A stretch of 33,362 nt of DNA. Source: Candidatus Dojkabacteria bacterium (GTDB lineage Bacteria > Patescibacteriota > Dojkabacteria > SC72 > JAFGCJ01). The stretch is taken from positions 1-33,362 of the forward strand of contig JAQVGB010000001.1 of assembly GCA_028696915.1 (NCBI GenBank). Reading direction: 5' to 3'. The number at the start of each line of letters is the position of its first letter. Positions within the stretch are counted from its first letter, which is position 1. The notes below the pieces were generated by a model. That model saw nothing but the letters and a program-made list of their open reading frames with translations, was not told the DNA's origin and did no database searches. Shown here piece by piece: positions 25,471 to 32,812 of the stretch. The position numbers were made by a program, and so were the translations under genes.

Positions 25471-25499
25471 AGCATACGCAAACACGAAATCCTTGTCAA
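25471..25499 (-). promoter_or_regulatory. Putative promoter TTGACA-17-TATGCT of paralog 1
   Basis: Minus strand: TTGACA (25499..25494), spacer aggatttcgtgtttgcg, TATGCT (25476..25471). AGGAAtcATG follows. Confidence 0.55.
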
Positions 25500-25769
25500 A
25501 CTGCTGGTGGACTGGAAATCGCACGTTTTGTTCGAAAATTCCCGATCTACACTCCTAACCTCAAAAAAACGTCCTGTCATACACCACAGAAACGGGGACA
25601 CGATGACGTCCCCTCGGCGCATCTATGTCCCCGGATTCCCCCTCGATTCCAACAATACAGAATCCGGATGAAAAGATCCTAACAAAAGTATGACAGGATA
25701 ATTACCCGAGAGAGTCGGGACAGGCCAGCACATACCGGCCAAAAACGTTTTCACCACGACACGTTTCGT

Positions 25770-28691
25770 CTACTCGGGCGTCCACACCCCGCCGCCCGCC
25801 GAAATTCTGACGAAGTACCCGCGCCCAGTTTCCAACGGAAAATCGAAACCGTACACTTGAGCGCCGGTTTTCTGCAGGCCCTCGTACCGGGACACAGGCG
25901 CATCCCACTTAGTCACGTTATCAGCGGTCGCTCCTTCAATCGCGTTGATGCTATCGATCAGGCTTTCGGCGGTGTAGATCCTTCCCGCGCCGTTAATACC
26001 CATCAGATGCCATCCGGGAACGTTGAAGTCCACGGGAGCCGGAGCCGTCAGTGAATACCCGGCAAGAAGCAATTCCATGTCAACAAACGATCTCAGCACA
26101 TATCCACGGCCGGGAACAACAGGGAAGCAGTCCCCGGAAACGGTCCCTGTATCGCGACGGTACGAAGTCGCCTGAAACTTCCCGGACTCAAATCGCCCGA
26201 CCATAGTCACCCCCAGATCCGTTGTCACAGCGTTCATATCAACAATAAGCTCACACGAATCCGTCAGGGCTGGAAGGTACTCGAACGAGACGAAATTTAA
26301 CCCTTCGGAAACGGTCAACTCAAACGTGCTTTCCGTCGTATCGACCGTTACCTCTAACAGAGTACTACAAAGATCAAGTTGTTTTTCGTCACCATCCATC
26401 ATACCATTCCCGTTATCATCAACAAAAAGCGTGTATCCCTGTCCCTCGACAAGACGGACACTCTCGACGACCCCGACACCGGGGACCGTCACACTGTATA
26501 GACCGTTTTCATCTGGCGTCATAACAAGACAGTCCGTTACGGTATACGAGGCTTCTGCGGCATGAACGGAGGGAACAAGCCGCGAGGAAGATGTTCCAAG
26601 TGCGGATTTGGAAGAAGTTCGTTGGGCGACGGCTCCGAATCGGCGGTTTTCTTCACCGGCATGCCCTCCCGGGCGAATCGGTATTGAACCTCCCCGGCTA
26701 CTACTTCCACCTGTATCACGATCCGTGCCGCCGTTCGCAGACGCCGGTTGACATGCCCCCTCACCACAGGATTCATAACCACTATTTGGGAATTCAAACG
26801 CCGCACAATCTTTGTATTCAGAAAGCGTCTCGTCGACTGATTCACCATGCTCATACCAACAACAGCATCTCTTCGTATTTCCTTGTCCTGCATTCGCAGA
26901 GTTCTCCTGAGAAGCAACCACACAACAACCAAAACCCTCCTGACATCCATGACCTTTCTTAAAGTCTCCTCCCTCACATGCCTTAGCGATATTACAAGTC
27001 CCATTTTTTCCATTGATAGCACAGCTATCACCAATATTCTTTTCAATCTTCTCGGCACAACATACAACTTCGGCGCCACCCGGACAGTGCCCCGGAACGA
27101 AGTCCTTCGGCGATTCACACGATTCTCCTGCACTTTTATCCAGACACTCTCCGGTATGATAGTTCGATGGCGTACAGTCTTCCCCTACACCTACTTTCGT
27201 GTCTTCCGTCTGGTCACTCGGCCTCCCAGATTGGTCAGAATCCTGGCCGGGACCTTCCGCATTGCTAGAAACACATTTATTCTTGTCATTGCAAATCAAC
27301 CCCTCACAACACCCACCCTCCTTATTACACGCCTCACCCACGTCACTACACAGCTCATTTCCCTCTGCACACTTACCACAGCCATGCGCCTGACAGTCGT
27401 TATATCCCTTCTTCCAATCATCCTCAGAATCACACTGACCACCACCAAGAGCCTCATTTCTCCATCCACTATCATCACAGCAGTTGTTTGCTGCCACGAC
27501 ATACGACACCAGCCCTCTCCCGCTACTTTCTTCTGTTTCTGGGCTATCGGCATCCAAGCCGTCCGCTGAGGACACCGTGATCACCCGCGCCGGAGCATTT
27601 TCATTAAGATGAATATTGACTGGAGTAGAGGCAAGATCCGATCCGGCAACGACATACACATTTTCAAGATCACTCTCCTCATCAAATGCTACCACCTCGC
27701 CGCTCACCGACCGCACATTCGCCAGATCAAGATACCACCGTCCCTCTTCGTTCAATGTCGCCGAAACCGGAGCCGACTGCGTTTCCGCACCATTGTAGTA
27801 CACAACCGCATACGAAATCCCGTCCACAGCCGCCGACCCGTCCTCTGAAACGACACTCCCGTACGATGGATCCGGAACAGCAAGGTCCTCAACCATGGCA
27901 ACTGTCACAAACACATTCTCCTGCGACACCGTGTAGCGATCATTAGCAAACGTGTCCAATTCCGCACTAAACCATAACCCCGATCCTACCGCGAAGTAGT
28001 ATTGTTGCTCTGGATCCAGCCCGGTCAGCGTCACATGATGTGTATAGTAATTATTCAAATCGGGAGCCATCGCATCATACCCGGCAGGCACCATAGAGAC
28101 ACCCTCTGTGCCACTGATATCTGCATAGTACTCAAGCTCCGCCTTGCTGACGTCCCTGTCATCATAGGCAAGTTTACTTCCAAATCTCGCAAGCACACCC
28201 GGAAGAAAACTCTGATCTTGAGAATACACGACCACACCCGGGGTCGGTTTGTCGGTCCGCCACGAAATAGTCACGGATTGATCAGTCACATTCGTTACGC
28301 GGATATCTCGAGGAGCGCTATAGGTGACTACCGTCCACACGGCAAAACCAGCAATTGATAGGAAAACGGCCCCAGCCAACAAAAGCAGGAGGGCCTTCAG
28401 AATCGAGCGGTTCCCTTTCGGTTGCTCTGATTGGGAATGCACGGATTGTGGTGGCTCAACTGGAGCGGGTTGTGTTGGTGCAAGATTAGCCTGCGGCAGT
28501 TCAACGTGCGGCACCGCAGCCTGCACACCAGCAGGTTGCGGAACATCAGGTTGACCTAACGACTGGGCCTGTTCTTCTTTTTCAGCACCCGACACCTGGT
28601 CGACTAGAGCCTTTGAATCCTGGACCGGAGGAGAACCAGGAGCATTTGACGAAGAAACCTGACCGGAAGAATTGCTCTCTTCTGGATTCAT
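25770..28691 (-). CDS. Membrane-anchored Fn3-headed, cysteine-rich modular surface protein, paralog 2 (973 aa)
   Basis: A ~95-aa Q/P/S-rich tail precedes the TM segment (ILKALLLLLAGAVFLSIAGFAVWTVV). Fn3-like domain (IRVTNVTDQSVTISWRTDKPTPGVVVYS...HHVTLTGLDPEQQYYFAVGSG). 30 Cys lie between aa 404 and 647. The C-terminal domain is colinear with paralog 1 (PGWHLMGINGAGRIYTAESLID...QVYGFDFPLETGRGYFVRISAGGGVWTPE). Confidence 0.85.
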   Translation of the reverse strand: MNPEESNSSGQVSSSNAPGSPPVQDSKALVDQVSGAEKEEQAQSLGQPDVPQPAGVQAAVPHVELPQANLAPTQPAPVEPPQSVHSQSEQPKGNRSILKALLLLLAGAVFLSIAGFAVWTVVTYSAPRDIRVTNVTDQSVTISWRTDKPTPGVVVYSQDQSFLPGVLARFGSKLAYDDRDVSKAELEYYADISGTEGVSMVPAGYDAMAPDLNNYYTHHVTLTGLDPEQQYYFAVGSGLWFSAELDTFANDRYTVSQENVFVTVAMVEDLAVPDPSYGSVVSEDGSAAVDGISYAVVYYNGAETQSAPVSATLNEEGRWYLDLANVRSVSGEVVAFDEESDLENVYVVAGSDLASTPVNIHLNENAPARVITVSSADGLDADSPETEESSGRGLVSYVVAANNCCDDSGWRNEALGGGQCDSEDDWKKGYNDCQAHGCGKCAEGNELCSDVGEACNKEGGCCEGLICNDKNKCVSSNAEGPGQDSDQSGRPSDQTEDTKVGVGEDCTPSNYHTGECLDKSAGESCESPKDFVPGHCPGGAEVVCCAEKIEKNIGDSCAINGKNGTCNIAKACEGGDFKKGHGCQEGFGCCVVASQENSANAGQGNTKRCCCWYEHGESVDETLSEYKDCAAFEFPNSGYESCGEGACQPASANGGTDRDTGGSSSRGGSIPIRPGGHAGEENRRFGAVAQRTSSKSALGTSSSRLVPSVHAAEASYTVTDCLVMTPDENGLYSVTVPGVGVVESVRLVEGQGYTLFVDDNGNGMMDGDEKQLDLCSTLLEVTVDTTESTFELTVSEGLNFVSFEYLPALTDSCELIVDMNAVTTDLGVTMVGRFESGKFQATSYRRDTGTVSGDCFPVVPGRGYVLRSFVDMELLLAGYSLTAPAPVDFNVPGWHLMGINGAGRIYTAESLIDSINAIEGATADNVTKWDAPVSRYEGLQKTGAQVYGFDFPLETGRGYFVRISAGGGVWTPE

Positions 28692-28752
28692 ACAATCATG
28701 GACAGTAAGAAGTTATGGTTATAACCCATAACCACCATACCGTAAAGAAAGG

Positions 28753-28819
28753 AAAAAATCCAGGCGGTGGTGAAGATCTGACTCTACACGAGATAAAGAC
28801 CCACTACAATCCACCTGGA
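28753..28819 (-). terminator. Candidate terminator after tRNA-Ala(CGC)
   Basis: Minus strand: TCCAGGTGG, a ~43-nt loop, CCGCCTGGA, then TTTTTT. The stem is 9 bp including one G.U. The large loop lowers confidence. Confidence 0.3.
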
Positions 28820-28862
28820 AATTTAACAGGATAAGCGCTTTCACCTTCGATACCGACAAACA

Positions 28863-28935
28863 TGGACCCGGGCGGAATCGAACCGCCAACCTCTACAATG
28901 CGAATGTAGCGCTCTGCCAGTTGAGCTACGGGCCC
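28863..28935 (-). tRNA. tRNA-Ala (anticodon CGC)
   Basis: GGGCCCG TA GCTC AACTGGCA GAGC G CTACA TT-CGC-AT TGTAG AGGTT GGCGG TTCGATT CCGCC CGGGTCC A. G3:U70 is present. Confidence 0.9.
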
Positions 28936-29020
28936 GGAGGACCGAACCGGATCAGATCGAACCTGCAAGATTGTAAAGTATCTCGCCTTTTTCCACAACA
29001 CCTTCGAGGAAAAAATCAGC

Positions 29021-29464
29021 CTATAACCATAAAGGTCGCGCATGCACCCGTAACCATCGGTAATCGTAATACTTTGTGACCAGTTTGAGTTTGACTGGAT
29101 TATTCTGCAAATATGCCCTTAGTCTCTTCCAATCTGTGTGGGCCGGAACATGCTTTGCCTGGTATCTCCCTTGAAAAACATGCCCCACCAGCCTATTCCG
29201 ACGATTAATATAGATGGTATACGAAATCCCCATACCCTGCATGAATTTGGGAATAGACCCGTCCATCAGCGGTTTCAACGCAAAGTGAAAATGATTAGGA
29301 AGTAGGCAATAGGCAATCACCTTAACCTTGAATCTATGAGAATATTTCCGTACTAGGCCAAGAAAAACTTCGTAGTCCCGCTCACGATAAAAGATGCTCT
29401 TCTTTCTGTTTCCCCTATTATAAATATGGTATATCTGGCCCTGAAAGAATTCGATGCGTCGCAT
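29021..29464 (-). CDS. IS200/IS605-family Y1 (HUH) transposase-like protein, REP-associated-tyrosine-transposase-like
   Basis: IYHIYNRGN, the HUH motif LLPNHFHFAL, GHVFQGRY, and a catalytic Tyr context RAYLQNNP. ATG 29464 is preferred over the track's GTG 29470. TATACT at 29476..29471 lies 6 nt upstream. Confidence 0.7.
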   Translation of the reverse strand: MRRIEFFQGQIYHIYNRGNRKKSIFYRERDYEVFLGLVRKYSHRFKVKVIAYCLLPNHFHFALKPLMDGSIPKFMQGMGISYTIYINRRNRLVGHVFQGRYQAKHVPAHTDWKRLRAYLQNNPVKLKLVTKYYDYRWLRVHARPLWL

Positions 29465-29602
29465 TCCCACAGTATATAGCCCACTTGTTACGGAACCATT
29501 ACGTACCGGTGTTAAGATCCAACCCGCACTCCTATCGGCCTACATCCCGGATCACATATCCCACGGAAAACCCACAACAAGAAGAAAACACGAAGATCCG
29601 AT

Positions 29603-30784
29603 CTAATACCCGCACACGTGGATATCCATATATGGCGCCGGGTTGATCCGCGATGCCCAGCCAACCCCCGCCCGAAGTTCGAAGTGCACATGGACCCCCG
29701 TCGCAAGACCGGTCGCTCCCATATTCCCTATCACCTGCCCCTTCGCAACATACTGCCCGGAAACAACCGCAATCGATGACATATGCGCATACCACGTCGT
29801 ATAGCCATTTCCATGATCGATCTGCACCGACCACGCGTACCCCCACGGATCGCTCATGCCGGCAAAGATCACGGTCCCTGCCGCAGACGCTATCAATGGC
29901 GGGTACGACGAGTTTGCGATGTCGATGGCCATATGCCACGCACTCGGACATTGGGTTACCAACCCCAACCCGCCCGAAACCGGCCACCCCAAAAATCTAG
30001 AAGCAGAAGGATCAGCCGGAGGAAGTGATGGTGTCGGATAATTCACCGATCCGGCATTCGATCCGACTGACGCAATTGGTGTCGGCGGGGCCGGAGGTGG
30101 CGGCATGGTTCCTTCTGGAATAAAGAGTGTCTGACCCTCGACAAGGTTAAACGGCGGATCAAGCCAGTTCACATCCGCAATCGCTTGCTCCGCTGCATTG
30201 TACTTTCCGGCAACAGATGACAATGTGTCGCCACTGGAAACAGTATGAATAACACCATTACCCGGAGGAATTTTAAGCTGATCTCCGGGACGAATAAAGT
30301 CGTATGCACTCATATCGTTCGCCCAGAGCAATGTCTGAGAACTCACGCCGTGCCGCTCAGCTATGACACTGATGGTATCCCCGCCTTGGACAGTATAGGT
30401 GATAATATCCAACCTCGAGCGGCCTTTTGGTACAAGCGTCTGGGACGATCCCCGCTCAACCAGCAAGTCAGTTTCGGAAACCGCCTGAACGGGTTCCGCT
30501 TCGGCAAGTACCTGAGAAGAAAGTTGCTTATGCTGGAGTGTAAATGGAAGAACCCCCACCGATATCAGGATCGTGGCGACAACAACCAGCCGGTACCAAC
30601 TGCCGCGCCCCCAGAATACATACCGCATGAGTCCCCTCTTGATCGAGTCCAGACTGCTGATAGTTACTTCTCCCGCAACAGACAACACGACAATAATTTG
30701 TCGAAATCGCATGAAAAGATAGAGAAAAATCTCCCGGGAAAAACCTGCCAACTCATGACCCAGAGCGGATCTTTGCTGTTCCAT
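29603..30784 (-). CDS. LysM-LysM-M23 family metallopeptidase (peptidoglycan hydrolase)
   Basis: Two LysM repeats (YTVQGGDTISVIAERHGVSSQTLLWAN...GDQLKIP and HTVSSGDTLSSVAGKYNAAEQAIADVN...GQTLFIP). M23 motifs are HMAIDIAN, IDHGNGYTTWYAHMSS and GVHVHFELR. An N-terminal TM segment is present. Confidence 0.88.
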   Translation of the reverse strand: MEQQRSALGHELAGFSREIFLYLFMRFRQIIVVLSVAGEVTISSLDSIKRGLMRYVFWGRGSWYRLVVVATILISVGVLPFTLQHKQLSSQVLAEAEPVQAVSETDLLVERGSSQTLVPKGRSRLDIITYTVQGGDTISVIAERHGVSSQTLLWANDMSAYDFIRPGDQLKIPPGNGVIHTVSSGDTLSSVAGKYNAAEQAIADVNWLDPPFNLVEGQTLFIPEGTMPPPPAPPTPIASVGSNAGSVNYPTPSLPPADPSASRFLGWPVSGGLGLVTQCPSAWHMAIDIANSSYPPLIASAAGTVIFAGMSDPWGYAWSVQIDHGNGYTTWYAHMSSIAVVSGQYVAKGQVIGNMGATGLATGVHVHFELRAGVGWASRINPAPYMDIHVCGY

Positions 30785-31082
30785 ACTGTCAAAACACTCC
30801 TTTTATGTCCCCCATCCAAACCGGCCGACGACATTCAAAAAACACAAAAGGGACAGGTCATTGTACCAGAAATGGGCGGATAACTCCACATCAATGGTGA
30901 CAGGCATCGAGAGTTGGCAACGATTCCTTGTATCTCGCCTCGGTGAAAAATTGCAGGGTAGTTAACAGTCTGATGGTAGTGGAATAGAAGTTCCTCCCCG
31001 AATAAACCCGTAAAGGTGTCGTTCACCGAGAAACACTGCAAGACCAGCAGGAGACACTTTTAACCGAACGCTCTCGTGCAGA

Positions 31083-32339
31083 TTACCCGATGCTCTCGTG
31101 CAGAGTCGCAAGGAATTCCTGGTTGCTCTTGGTCTTTCTGAGCCGCTCAACCAGGACTTCGGTTGCACCTTCTTCCTGGGGGAGCGCTTCAAGCATACGC
31201 CTGACACGCCAGGACTGATTAAGCACTTCCTTATCGAGCAGAAGCTCTTCATGGCGGGTTCCCGAACGGACGACATCAATGGCAGGATACACTCGCCGCT
31301 CGGCAAGGCGCCGGTCGAGGTGCAGTTCCATGTTGCCGGTGCCCTTGAACTCCTCGTATACAAGATCGTCCATGCGGCTACCGGTATCGATCAGTGCAGT
31401 TGCAATAATCGTAAGGCTTCCACCGTTTTCGATGTTTCGTGCCGCACCGAAGAACCGCTTTGGCGGGAACAATGCAACCGGGTCGAAACCGCCCGACAAG
31501 GTCCGTCCTGATGTCGGCATCGTAATATTGTATGCGCGTGCAAGACGGGTAATGCTGTCCATCAGAATGACAACGTTCCGCCCTGCCTCTACCATTCTTT
31601 TGGCCTTCTCAAGTGCCATTTCCGCGACTTTGCAGTTATCCTCAGGCCGTTCGTCGAAGTTGCTTGCAAACACCTCACCCTTCACCGACCGCTCGATATG
31701 GGTCACCTCCTCCGGCCGTTCTCCGACCAATACGACCATCAGGTCGACATCTTTCTGATTCTCGGTAACACCGGCAGCGATATCGAGTAGAAGCCACGTT
31801 TTACCCGCTTTCGGCGGGGACACGATCATACCGCGCTGTCCGAAGCCGATCGGACTGAGCAGGTCGATAATACGGGTCGACAGCTTGTCTGATTCGGTTT
31901 CCAGAATAATTTGCTTATCGGGAAAAATTGGGGTCGATTTCTCAAATCGGGGACGGTCCATAATTGAAAGCGGATCCATACCCCAAACCGAGTCCACCCG
32001 CAATAGCGAGCGGTATTTCTCGTTATCTTTGGGAGGCCGGGCCGGGCCTGCAATGAGATCTCCGGTCTTGAGCCGGAATTTCTTAATCTGAGTACCGGAG
32101 ACATAGGCGTCGTGCTCTCCCTGAAGTAATCCTTCTGTCCGAAGTACCCCATGGGTGCTGTCGTTCATGACCTCGAGAACGCCTGACGCGTAATCGTAAC
32201 CCTCTTTCTTGGCGACATGGCGCATGATGTTCATGATCACCTCACTCTTGTCATCCGCACCGCCATCGGTAACGTCGAGTTTTTTTGCAAGAAGTTTCAA
32301 CTGCGGAACCGTCTTTGCGTTAAGCTCACTGAAATTCAC
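31083..32339 (-). CDS. rho: Transcription termination factor Rho (GTG start)
   Basis: Rho_N-like N-terminus (NFSELNAKTVPQLKLLAKKLDV), an RNA-binding OB region, Walker A SPPKAGKT, and a RecA-type ATPase core running to the ...RLRKTKSNQEFL tail. Confidence 0.93.
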   Translation of the reverse strand: MNFSELNAKTVPQLKLLAKKLDVTDGGADDKSEVIMNIMRHVAKKEGYDYASGVLEVMNDSTHGVLRTEGLLQGEHDAYVSGTQIKKFRLKTGDLIAGPARPPKDNEKYRSLLRVDSVWGMDPLSIMDRPRFEKSTPIFPDKQIILETESDKLSTRIIDLLSPIGFGQRGMIVSPPKAGKTWLLLDIAAGVTENQKDVDLMVVLVGERPEEVTHIERSVKGEVFASNFDERPEDNCKVAEMALEKAKRMVEAGRNVVILMDSITRLARAYNITMPTSGRTLSGGFDPVALFPPKRFFGAARNIENGGSLTIIATALIDTGSRMDDLVYEEFKGTGNMELHLDRRLAERRVYPAIDVVRSGTRHEELLLDKEVLNQSWRVRRMLEALPQEEGATEVLVERLRKTKSNQEFLATLHESIG

Positions 32340-32459
32340 CTTGATACGACACTGAAATCTTAGATGCCTGCGAGGAAATGCCTCAGCGGGTTGATACCTG
32401 AAAACTCCCGGAAAGCCACATCGCCAGAGTTACACGTCTTGAGATGGAAAACTGCGTTA

Positions 32460-32488
32460 AGTATACGAAGCTGTAGTATCGATGTCAA
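32460..32488 (-). promoter_or_regulatory. Putative rho promoter TTGACA-17-TATACT
   Basis: Minus strand: TTGACA (32488..32483), spacer tcgatactacagcttcg, TATACT (32465..32460). The resulting 5' UTR is ~113 nt. Confidence 0.6.
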
Positions 32489-32508
32489 ATAAGCGTAGTT
32501 GCTTTGCG

Positions 32509-32550
32509 AAAAAAGGAAAAACGGGATCGGTACTGCCCCAACCGACCCCG
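32509..32550 (-). terminator. Strong intrinsic terminator ending the radA-rho intergenic transcript
   Basis: Minus strand: CGGGGTCGGT, loop tggggcagt, ACCGATCCCG, then TTTTTCCTTTTTT. The stem is 10 bp with one G.U. Confidence 0.75.
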
Positions 32551-32628
32551 ACCACTAAATCCTCTATGGACCTACCGGTCGAGGTATAACACAACAGTTA
32601 TTTCCCGAAAAGAAGAGCGATGCGCGAA

Positions 32629-32746
32629 CTTTTCCGAGGGACCAGTCGCAGGTATTCCCTACGCCAGACCCTGGGAAAAATCCGCGCGGGTAGACTTTTC
32701 CGAGGGACCAGTCATAGCTGTTCACTATACCAGACCCTGGGAAAAA
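32629..32746 (-). repeat. Two direct repeats (period 66 nt) with conserved arms and a variable 16-nt centre
   Basis: Plus-strand units 32629..32680 and 32695..32746 share cttttccgagggaccagtc and ccagaccctgggaaaaa exactly. The centres are gcaggtattccctacg and atagctgttcactata. Confidence 0.95.
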
Positions 32747-32783
32747 CCTGCCCGCCGACACTTAGTTATTGAAGAACATGTAC

Positions 32784-32812
32784 ATTATATCCTATAGCCT
32801 TACCGGTGTCAA
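32784..32812 (-). promoter_or_regulatory. Consensus promoter TTGACA-17-TATAAT for the intergenic RNA
   Basis: Minus strand: TTGACA (32812..32807), spacer ccggtaaggctatagga, TATAAT (32789..32784). A second candidate, TTGACA-18-TACTAT, lies at 32862..32833. Confidence 0.7.

Larger units (their letters stand above)
32509..32777 (-). ncRNA. Candidate ~265-nt structured small RNA with two tandem long hairpins
   Basis: A consensus promoter, two 66-nt-period repeats that each fold into an imperfect ~23-bp hairpin with compensatory apical changes, and an intrinsic terminator, all on the minus strand. Confidence 0.55.

Noticed and set aside
25443-25622. A 60-aa N-terminal extension of paralog 1 in the ORF track (MRRGDVIVSPFLWCMTGRFF...).
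   Set aside because: The extension is Cys/Arg-rich and has no counterpart in paralog 2. It also contains the TTGACA-17-TATGCT promoter and hairpins. ATG 25442 follows an AGGA box and gives a tail-TM-Fn3 layout parallel to paralog 2.
21993-28691. Diversity-generating retroelement targeting the paralog C-termini.
   Set aside because: There is no reverse transcriptase gene in the window. No template/variable repeat pair with adenine-specific mismatches was seen. The paralog 3' ends differ by ordinary divergence.
21816-28935. The idea that the Cys-rich pair is a genomic island flanked by duplicated tRNA att sites.
   Set aside because: The two flanking tRNAs are different complete isoacceptors, Ala-GGC and Ala-CGC, not a gene plus a partial 3' duplicate. 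No integrase is present. Only the neighbouring IS200-like gene hints at mobility, so the island status is unsupported.
28804-29043. The 79-aa ORF on the minus strand.
   Set aside because: It is read through tRNA-Ala(CGC) and is spurious.
31067-31103. The 13-nt direct repeat GCTCTCGTGCAGA, once inside the last rho codons and once just after the stop.
   Set aside because: It is short, has no associated structure or ORF, and is most simply a small duplication at the gene end.
32629-32746. Possible mini-CRISPR array.
   Set aside because: There are only two units. The conserved parts are the two arms of one hairpin with a 16-nt variable centre, not repeat-spacer-repeat of CRISPR dimensions. No cas genes are present.
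32504-32797. The 97-aa (+) and 65-aa (-) ORFs across the 66-nt repeats, considered as possible repeat-containing small proteins.
   Set aside because: The ORFs are a by-product of the repeat. The 65-aa frame starts at GTG without an SD sequence. The differences between repeat units preserve RNA pairing (double compensatory changes) rather than amino acids. A residual chance of a small protein remains.
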